A stretch of 63,216 bases of DNA, filler included, from Ministeria vibrans ATCC 50519 (lineage: Eukaryota > Protista > Filasterea): NCBI GenBank assembly GCA_943704425.1. It is 5 parts of 5 records of this genome, joined end to end, with 100 filler letters (N's around TTAATTAATTAA, not from the genome) between each part and the next. Parts side by side here need not be neighbours in the genome. Positions count along the whole stretch, not along the records: positions 42,606 to 60,654 come from CALSCP010002698.1; positions 60,755 to 63,216 come from CALSCP010002710.1; 3 more parts are not named here. One strand, 5' to 3'. The stretch's first letter is position 1. Every line of letters begins with the position of its first letter. Position numbers and translations under genes: made by a program. Under the pieces are notes generated by a model, which searched no databases, was not told the origin of the DNA, and was given only the letters and a program-made list of their open reading frames with translations. Shown piece by piece: positions 54,501 through 63,216 of the stretch.

Positions 54501-55851
54501 TGACATAGATGGCCACAAGAAAGCCGATGTCGGAGCGGAGAGGGGTGGAGGAGGTGGTGGGAAAGAAGATGTGAGTGGTGTTGGGCGAATGGGGACTGCT
54601 CAGCGGCTCATTTCCAGCGTTGACTACGAATGTGTTTAATAATCATAAAGTATTTTAGACGCGGTTGCGAGGGTTCTATGCACACTTACTTGAGTAGCGA
54701 TTTGGGTCAATTTCGGCAAAAAGACGATCGACATACTCACTGAGTAGGGCCGAGTCGGTGGCGTTTGACGGGAGAGGCGCACGAAACACGAGGAGCAGAA
54801 AGAGCGAGTCGATGTGGTCCACAGACCAATCATTTTGCAAGGAGATAGACCCATAAACAATGTCTATAAGGAGGTCGAGGAATCAGAAGAAGATAAAAGA
54901 AGAAGATGAAAAAAGAGGTTTGAGCCTGGCAACTGACCTCTGTCGAGGGAAGAGGCAGACCGGCCAATGGTAAGTGAGACGTCTGGGTCAGCCTGAAGAC
55001 GACTGAGGTCATTTTGCCACAGGAAGGTTGGTGAAAAGAGAACACACTTGGCAATGGCATCGTCACTGGGTGTGCTGAGTTGGAAGCGTTTGCGAAGGCA
55101 CACGTCCGAATAGTGTACTGTCTGACCCCTACCTCAAACGACAGAAAATACCGTCTGAGCACTCACACACATTGACGGACAAGTATTACCCTATTAACGG
55201 ACGGAAAGAGTTGATAAAGCTGTAGAGACGAAGCGAGTCGACGAGGACTGCCTTGAGGAGGTCAGGCGAGTCGTAGGAGGCGTCGTAGAGGGCGGGCGAG
55301 GCGCCAAGATCGGGCCGATCGAAATGGACGTGTCCCAGTGTCAGCGCAGGCGCAAGCCCAAAGTGCTCGTGAAAATCCTGTTGTGATACAGATCCCTGTA
55401 AGCTCAGCGAGCCGCGCCACTGAAACAACGCGCATTTAGTGTGTCAAATTATGTCGATGTGTGAAAAAATAAAAAAATAAAAAAAAAAGTGTGTGGAGAC
55501 ACGCAGAGAGAACTCGCGCTGTACTGAGCCACATACCTGATGTGGGGCGGGGTCTGAGTGGCCATAGAGGAGCCGGTGCACAAGAGGGAAGGTACAGAAG
55601 ACGACGACGCCTGGCGATGCGTGTGAAGGCGGTGAAGAGAGAGACAGAGAGAGTGAGTGAGAGGATGAGTTGAAACGGTTTTTTCTTTGGTCTCTTGTGG
55701 TTGAGACAGAGCGGATGAACCAAAAAAAAAAAACACACAGTCACTTACCCATGACAATCATGATCACTGGCACAGGGTGAGAGGCGCAGACGAGGCCGTG
55801 GTTGTAGAACACACGCTCAAGTCGACGCCGGAGTGCAGCAGGGACGAGCAT
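51521..55851 (-). CDS. SCAP: SREBP cleavage-activating protein (sterol-sensing domain plus WD40)
   Basis: N-terminus [18 protein letters not shown] (YIYF equivalent), [22 protein letters not shown] (MELADL equivalent), [11 protein letters not shown]40 repeats. Confidence 0.92.
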
Positions 55852-56180
55852 TGAGTGGAGAGCGATGGACTGATCTCAAACCAGAGAGAGAGAGAAAGAG
55901 ACAAGTGAAAAAAAAAACGATTTGGCTCTGCACGATCGGTGCGACAGTGCAATCCCGTGTGATCCAAAACAAAAAGAAGAAGAAGAGGGTCAAAAAGAAA
56001 GTGTGAAAAATAAATGTGAAAAAGTGAATTTTAACTATACACTTTCACTTTTTTTCAATCATTCTTTCTCTGACGTTCACTCGCGTCTGATTTGGTGCTG
56101 GAGTGACAAGTTCACGACCCACCTGGAGATACCAGCAACATCCTATTATACAGTTTTTTTTTGAGGAGACTCACAAAAAT

Positions 56181-57191
56181 ATGTTTTTCTATGTAACGCT
56201 CAAACTATTCTGAGAGACTGTGTGCTGACGCATGCGCCTCGCCACCGTGGCGAATGGTGACGTAGAAAACATTCAAGAGAGAAATCATGCTGCATCCGCG
56301 GTTCTTTGGGCCGCAGATGCGACAGACGCTGTTGCGCAAACTGTACGAAGACGTTGAAGGACAGTGCCTGGGCGCCGACGGCTTTGTCGTCATGATCGAT
56401 AGCGTGGAGGTAGGCTGGGGCGGGTCGGGGGGGNNNNNNNNNNACATTGCAGACTCGCAGCCTACGGTTGTCACGGCCTCTGCTCGTCTCCTCGCCATCA
56501 CTCTCTCCTTTAACGGGGGTGCCTGCGAGACGCGTTGTGACGCGGAAACCGATTCGAAACGAATTTGTCGTATTTATCATAAGTCGGATTGTGCGATGTC
56601 TCTTTGACATTATTATTATATTTTCTTATATTATATATGCGAATGGGGGCTTTTTTGTGTATTTTGTGTATTCTTCATGGGATGCACATCACTCACTTTT
56701 GTTGTTCTGTTGCAGCACATTGGGAAAGGACAACTTCAAACCTCGTCTGGATTCGCAACGGTATATCCCAACACTCTCACTCACACACACCGCGCGCAAT
56801 ACCAGTCGAGCAACATTCACAACAAGCGTAATCCTGACTCTTTCCGTAGTGTTTGATTCGCTTCCGTGCCATCATGTGCCGGCCATTCAAAGGAGAAGTG
56901 CTGGACGTGACTGTGACGGGTGTCACCAAAGTCGGCATTACAACACAAGCAGGCCCCTTAACGCCCTTTATCCCCAAATCAGTCCTGGGCGACTGGCAGT
57001 ACGAAGACACTGTCAACGTACAGCCGTGCTACCGCAATTACGAAGAGAACATGGTCATCGCAAAGGACGCGCGAGTGCGTGTGCGCGTCACAGGTGTCGT
57101 CTCGGAGGCCACCAAGGTCCACTGCATGGCCACCGTCGACGATGACTACCTTGGGCCCATTGTCGCTCCGTTGGATTCATATGAAATGTAA
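56181..57191 (+). CDS. RPB7: RNA polymerase II subunit RPB7
   Basis: Spliced MFFY|KTFKREIMLHPRFFGP..VEGQC..GFVV..RPFKGEVLD..AGPL..DDYLG. Confidence 0.93.
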
Positions 57192-57261
57192 ATATTACGT
57201 CCCAAAACATTGGTTGTGAGTATAATAGAGACGGAGAAAGAACGTACCATCGCAATTTCGT

Positions 57262-57438
57262 GGTAGACCAAGGATGTCTCTGACAATCGTAGAGATGTCA
57301 CCGTGAAATAATTGAATGGCGACTCATTTCCGCTGATGATTGATGAATGGGTAGACCAAGGATGTCTCTGACAATCGTAGAGATGTCACCGTGAAATAAT
57401 TGAATGGCGACTCATTTACCACTGATGATTGATGAATG
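57262..57438. repeat. Intergenic 88-bp direct tandem duplication (2 copies)
   Basis: GGTAGACCAAGGATGTCTCTGAC...GATGAATG at 57262 and 57350, differing by 2-3 nt. Confidence 0.9.
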
Positions 57439-57536
57439 ATTAGCAATAATGAGTTGAAAAGGTTTAGAAAAATGATAGAGAATCGAGAGTGTCAAAACAA
57501 GGCATTGTCCAAAATTTAGTCATTCAATATTTTTCA

Positions 57537-58555
57537 ATGGAAGATTTTGACTACAATCCGTTCTTTGTAGCATTAAAAGGACCACTGAAGGCCGTGTACA
57601 AAGTGATCCAAGCCAAGCAGTGGACCATAGTGCTGCCCAAGGCGTCGTCGCTCACTGGCGTCAAGTTTACCAAAGAATTCGCCGACACACACACACTCAA
57701 GCCATCGCAGTACTTTGTGGGCCAGCTCGAATGCGTCAATCCCAAGGCAGCCGTACGAACGACCTACGCCTCTCTTTGTCGCTCTCTTATTCTCCTCTCT
57801 TTACCTTTTGCAGGAGAGCACCTTTGAAATAGTCGACCAAGAATTGCGCACGACATCACCGCAAAACCACGCTGTACGCCCCATCCTGCAGCAGGAGCAG
57901 TACTACACCAGCGACATGCGGTCGTTCCTCATCATCAGCATCGCCGCCCCCCTGACGGAGCCTCCGCGCGTCCGCCACGAGCAGCGCACGGCCGCCATGC
58001 ACTCGCTTGCACGCCAGCTCGACGACCTCACCGTCTCGCAGCACGCCGCCGCGCATCTCCAGCCCCTCTTCAACACGCGCATCGACACCGAAGCAGCACG
58101 TCTCTTCCTCTCCCAACGCCCGCTGTACGCCGGCCCCCGCAGACGTGCTGACGACGCCGTCCACAGCTTCGTCTCCAACTATGCACTTCTCCCCGACTTT
58201 GTCGACGACGCCGCTCGCAAAGTCGAACGGATCACTCTCGACCTCGCCGAAGGCCTCACTCTTGCCGATCCTGCCCTACAGCTGGCAGCCGACTCGCGTG
58301 TCCGCTCAGGGCTCCAGCGAGTCTGCAATTCATATGTTCTTCACGGTGTTCACAACCACGTACGAAGTGACCTTTACACTCACATATTTTTATGGTTATA
58401 TTTTATACGCCACACTCATACAACTCTCTTGATGTATTACTTTAAGTTTTTTTTCTCACTCACACACATGCACTCACTCACACACAACGCTCTATCACTT
58501 TGTTTTCTCTCTCTCTCTCTCTCTAAATCTCTCTCTATCACTTTGTGTCTTTCTC

Positions 58556-58618
<63 letters not shown>

Positions 58619-59465
58619 CCTCTCGCCAATTTATCTAGCAATCACTATACGACGTTCAAACTCTTTTCTTCTTTCTCTCTTTCTTGTTTTTTATTAGGTG
58701 TTTCTGGCACTGTGTGATTTTATGTCGGAGCGTAATGCAAAGTTGCACGAACGCACAGTGTACCTTTCTCATGTGCGTCCGTCAGATCTGGGAATCCGCC
58801 CCGAGTTCCACGGTGACTTTCGCACTGCCATCGCTCGACTGGCCACCAGCGAGACACATGTGTGTCCCGAAGAAATTCTGTGGTGCCTCTGCGAGACTGT
58901 GCGTGCGACACAAAGCGCAGCTGAAACCTGCATGGAGGAGACAAAAGGTTTTGCGTGTGAGGCAATTGCAGTGAGTGGGGATGACCTTCTCCCATTGATT
59001 GCACTGGTTATTGTGAGGTCGCAACCTCGTCACTTGTTTTCCCTTCTCGACTATGCCACGCAATTCTCCTTCTCGGGCGATCTGGGTGAGCTGAGCTTTA
59101 GTGCAGCCACTTTTAGTGCAGCAGCTGAGTACCTTCTAACCACAGACGCACTTACAGTGCACGTCCGTGAAGGAAAACGACGCGCTGACGTCTCCAGCGC
59201 CGTCCCGTCCTCTCTCGCACGTCGCGCAACCACCGCTAACATCACTACAAAGACACCCCCGAAACATCAATCTGTTTTGAATAGCGCAGTGAACAAGACT
59301 GACACTCCCTCTGCTTTTTCTTCTGCTTCTACTTCTGCTCCTGTCCGCCACAGCTTCTCCAGCACTGCCTATCGTGCTCCTCCTGAAGTCATTGACCCCT
59401 TCCGCTCACCCGCACGCAATCTCGGCCCTCAATTGGACGATGACAGTGACGATGAGTGGCACTGA
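57537..59465 (+). CDS. VPS9-domain Rab GEF, VARP/ANKRD27-like but without ankyrin repeats
   Basis: N-terminal NPFFVAL..IVLPK..FADTHTL resembles ANKRD27. VPS9 core SGDDLLPLIALVIVRS..GELSFSAATFSAAAEYL. Confidence 0.8.
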
Positions 59466-59563
59466 TCAGTGTTGACAGCTTTTTTATTACTCTCTTCTCT
59501 TGTGCTGCTCTTTTGTACAAAACGTTATTAAATCCGACAATTCGACAAGAAAAAATGATACCT

Positions 59564-60654
59564 TTATTGCGTCGCCCATCTTTGAAACAAGGCAGGCACT
59601 TTCTCGTGTTCATACAAAATGCTTAGTTTTCTCTCAATTGCACTCTCACTCTTTCCCTCTTGCACCATTGCGCTCCACACATGAGAACTGTACACACTCT
59701 TCCAGTTCGACGCCAACACAGTGTCAGTGAACACAGTAGAGTGGCATCGGCGCAGGTGAACACGCAGATTGTTCGCCCGCGACACTGATTGCGAGCAGAT
59801 GGCACATCGAGTGCGATACACACTCAGCACATGATACTTACTGAAATGAGCACCCACTCGAGTCTTTGTAAATGGTGCATAGTCACAGACTTGTCCTGTT
59901 GCCGGTCGCACCATTCGACATTTGATTGACCGTTGGACAGTCGCTCAAACGACGCATCAAGATCCACCGCACCACAACCACTCCCCGCTTCCCTCTCCTT
60001 CTGCGCAAGCAACAGCCAACCAGCAAACGACGACGGAACTCGCTCACACTCACGCAACAACTGCAGCTCACGCACAATCACACACTCGCTCGCATTGCGC
60101 TCCTCCAGCTCACTGCGCACAAGAGAGGCGTACACTTTCAGCCAGTCGCAGCCACGAGTGAATACATCACTGTCCGACTGCAACATGTGTAGCTTAAATT
60201 GCTTCTGTGTGGCAACACATCCTCCTTGCACACCACACAGTTGACGCGGATCACACTCCGATGGCACATTGAGAAATGCTGCGCAACCCACTCAGGCGCA
60301 AATCCCTTTCCCGCACACACTCGTCCGTCCACCAATCGACACCGACACCGCACCTTGCCATTCCCCAGCATCTCAAACACACTCTCTTGTCCTCCCCATC
60401 CTCCTTCTCGCCCCGTGCCATCGCCAACCAAGTCTCAAATCCCATTGGGACTTGTTCCCACTCGCAACGACCAAACACCTTCGCCACTTCTCCCTCAACG
60501 TCCTCCTCTTCTCCGTCGCGCTCCAATGCCGCACGCACCTCTCGCAGGTAGACCGTCTTTCATCCTCCGTCCTCCAATGGACCACGTTCCATGACGGTGG
60601 CTGTGAATGTGTTGCTGTGGTGTGAAGCAACGTGACGTTTGAGCTCGTTCCCAC
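59564..60654 (-). pseudogene. Disrupted, intronless, internally repeated C2H2-like zinc-finger gene (1 nonsense, 3 frameshifts)
   Basis: Repeats C..C..HFS..H..CxxC..NL+.H...H(S/D)xxFT..W..VY..V. Homologous segments continue only across -1 shifts at about 60385, 60195 and 59925. A TGA (60560-60562) sits at a conserved Trp. Confidence 0.7.
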
Positions 60655-60887
60655 NNNNNNNNNNNNNNNNNNNNNNNNNNNNNNNNNNNNNNNNNNNNTT
60701 AATTAATTAANNNNNNNNNNNNNNNNNNNNNNNNNNNNNNNNNNNNNNNNNNNNGCAGTGCCGGATGCTCTGTTTCAATCTTGGCCAGCATGTGAATTGG
60801 CGCGAGCGATGACGACGTCAAAAAAACGAAAATGATAATGATAATGAAAATGGCCAGCTCAACAACACAACATGAGTTGTACGTACC

Positions 60888-63060
60888 CTGTCGATTGTGA
60901 ACGGTAAGCGAGATGGCATTGCCGTTGTCCTTGAGATCGTGTACCTCGGTCTCACCAAACATATTCACATAAGGCACACTGAAGGTGCACATGAACGTGT
61001 CTTCGACCGTGGCACCCTCGGCTGCCTCATCAAAGGCGAGAAGCTTGGCCAGACCCGACGCGAGACTCTACATACACAACAAAAGGAGGAAGGGAGACTG
61101 TGAGACGCAAGAGAAAACAACGAGGGGCGCGTACGGGCCGAATGTCTTTCAGATGCTCAAGAGTGAGTGTTTGGCCCAAAAGTTTGCGATAAACCACCAA
61201 GGGAAAGTGTACGTCGAGAATGACCGCATTGTAGATGGCCAGACCAAGAATAAGGCCCACAACGTTGAACTGTCAAGGAACAGAGGTAGCGTGTGAGGTC
61301 AATTAGACGAGCTGAGCAGCTTCGTACCTCATCTGTATTGTCGAGCTCACTGCGCACAAACCAGTGTGTGTTCGTTTCGTGGTTCTCGCAGAACATTCCA
61401 AACTCTGCTCCAAACAGCTCGCGGACAAGAAGCTAGAAAAAAGAACGAGTGTGACGAGCAAACCGAACACACAAAGAAAAAGAACGAGTGTGACAAGCAA
61501 ATCGAACGCACAAAGAAAATAATATAAAGAAGGACTGAGACAAGCAAACAAAATACATGAAGAAAAAATACATAATAAATTATAAAGAATGAGTGTGACG
61601 AGCAAACCGAACACGAATAAAAAAGAATACGTGACAAGCAACCGAACACAAATAAAAAAGAATAAGTGACAAGCAAACCGAACACAAATAAAAAGAATAA
61701 GTGACAAGCAAACCGAACACAAATAAAAAGAATAAGTGACAAGCAAACCGAACACAAATAAAAAGAATAAGTGACAAGCAAACCGAACACAAATAAAAAG
61801 AATAAGTGACAAGCAAACCGAACACAAATAAAAAAGAATAAGTGACAAGCAACCGAACACAAATAAAAAACGAAGGTGACAAGCAACCCAAACACACAAA
61901 CATATTATTATTATTATCAATTGCAATAGTGCTACACAATGACAAAACACACACACACACACACCAACATACCTGAAACCATTCTTTTCGTACACCTCCT
62001 TCGTCGACCCCTGTAAAGAAAAAAAAAGGATCATTAAAGGCGCTGTATGAAAATCAAGTGCAGTAGTGCGGGGCTGACCTTCTTCGCCCTCAAAGACAAC
62101 CTTAAGAGGCTTTTTGCACTGCTCCGGTGTCTTAGATGTAAGCTGCACCACCGTGTCCCGCAGTACGTGGCCCCGACGCACGCGAATGATCAGATAGGGC
62201 ATATCATGACCAGACAGGAGACGATCAAAGAAAGAGCGGCGCTGCTCCTGCAATGTGGCCACCTACATGGAGGGTCGAAGGGGGTTAAGAGTGGATGCGT
62301 GTCGTGTTCCCAGAAAGTACCTCCAGTTCGCCCACCATAACCTCGCTCTTAGACTGGGCATTGAGTAAGAATGGATAGTTGCGAAAGCAGAAGTGTTCGC
62401 GCAACATACTGGTGAAATCGGGCACAATATCAAACGACTCGTTGACGGCGTCGTTATAAAAAGCTGCGTAGGGAAGAGGTGAACGGGAGCACGCATTTGC
62501 GGAGTGAAGCATGGCCAGAAGACGCACAGACGACTCGACAGAAGGGTCTTCCTGTGGCGCATCGTATTCGCTCATGAGAATGCGCAGTGTTAAAAAGTGC
62601 TGTATCAGCTCGAGAATGTGCTGTAAATAAAAAAGGTGTCTGAGTGAGACACCAATGGCAAAAAATGTCATTGAGGCGTACAGCAAGAGAGCTGGGGTGG
62701 CTGGACCAGCAATTGGAGAGATAGTCGCGAGTGGACTCGGGCAGTGAGCAGATCAGACGGAAGAGTGCAGGAAGAGCCTGTTATCGGACACATGATATAT
62801 GAATGGTGCGAAACAGAGGCACATTGTTATGGTGTGTTTACATATACCTTGTCGTGAAAAGAGACATCCTCAAGGAATTTCGACTCGAGAATGAACAAAA
62901 GCCAATTTTGGACACGTGCAAGTGGAATGCAACGCGTAAGGAGCGCCACCCCATTGTTCACAAGACACTGGAGCTCGTCGCACGTTGACTCCAGGGTAAA
63001 TCTGAAACTTCCTTCAATGCGACGATCGAGTGTATTACACTGACTCAATTTTCGATGCAC
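60888..63060 (-). CDS. HECT E3 ubiquitin ligase (HECTD2/HERC-type), internal exons only
   Basis: [69 protein letters not shown]. Confidence 0.88.
61437..61895. repeat. Intronic ~35-bp minisatellite AAAAGAATAAGTGACAAGCAAACCGAACACAAATA
   Basis: About 11-12 copies, homogeneous in the centre and degenerate at the edges, inside a HECT-gene intron. Confidence 0.9.
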
Positions 63061-63172
63061 CTACGCAACAAAGAGAGGAGAAAGCAACACAGTGATATAA
63101 AGATGATAGAGAAAGATATTATATATATATATATATATATAGGAGAGAGGAGAGAGGGAAAGAAAGAAAGAG

Positions 63173-63216
<44 letters not shown>

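Noticed and set aside
61437-61895. 35-bp repeat array as CRISPR, or the 319-aa hydrophobic ORF as a membrane protein
   Set aside because: The units are head-to-tail with no unique spacers, no cas genes are present, and the array lies within a GT-AG intron of a eukaryotic HECT gene.

Overview
Gene-dense, intron-containing nuclear DNA from a eukaryote. The gene set (STIM with SOAR, SCAP, FANCE, muskelin, a PTB-like/PH protein) suggests a unicellular opisthokont/holozoan-like protist; this is inference. Four N-flanked TTAATTAATTAA spacers (14767, 39926, 42550, 60699) show the window is five separate contigs/scaffolds joined artificially, so adjacency across them means nothing. Most genes are conserved housekeeping genes: STT3, Derlin, STIM, phospholipase B-like, ELP3, CHMP2, MnmA, POP7, WDR76, an RCC1/SERGEF-like gene, FANCE, muskelin, SCAP, RPB7, a VARP-like VPS9 gene and a HECT ligase. 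The exception is a ~17.5 kb cluster (21.4-38.8 kb) of five fast-evolving genes lying between two paralogous copies of a membrane-anchored Cu/Zn-SOD-repeat gene. It encodes a hinge-less SMCHD1/GMI1-like GHKL ATPase and two large dynamin-like GTPases, one apparently fused to a degenerate GREB1/TAGT-like glycosyltransferase and one to a degenerate OTU-like domain. It also has a small protein that seems to share the OTU-like domain, and one orphan. Four of the five carry NLS-like basic motifs. I propose it as a candidate nuclear genome-defence/chromatin-silencing module. All domain calls were made by eye against remembered family motifs, with no database search, and exon boundaries are manual.
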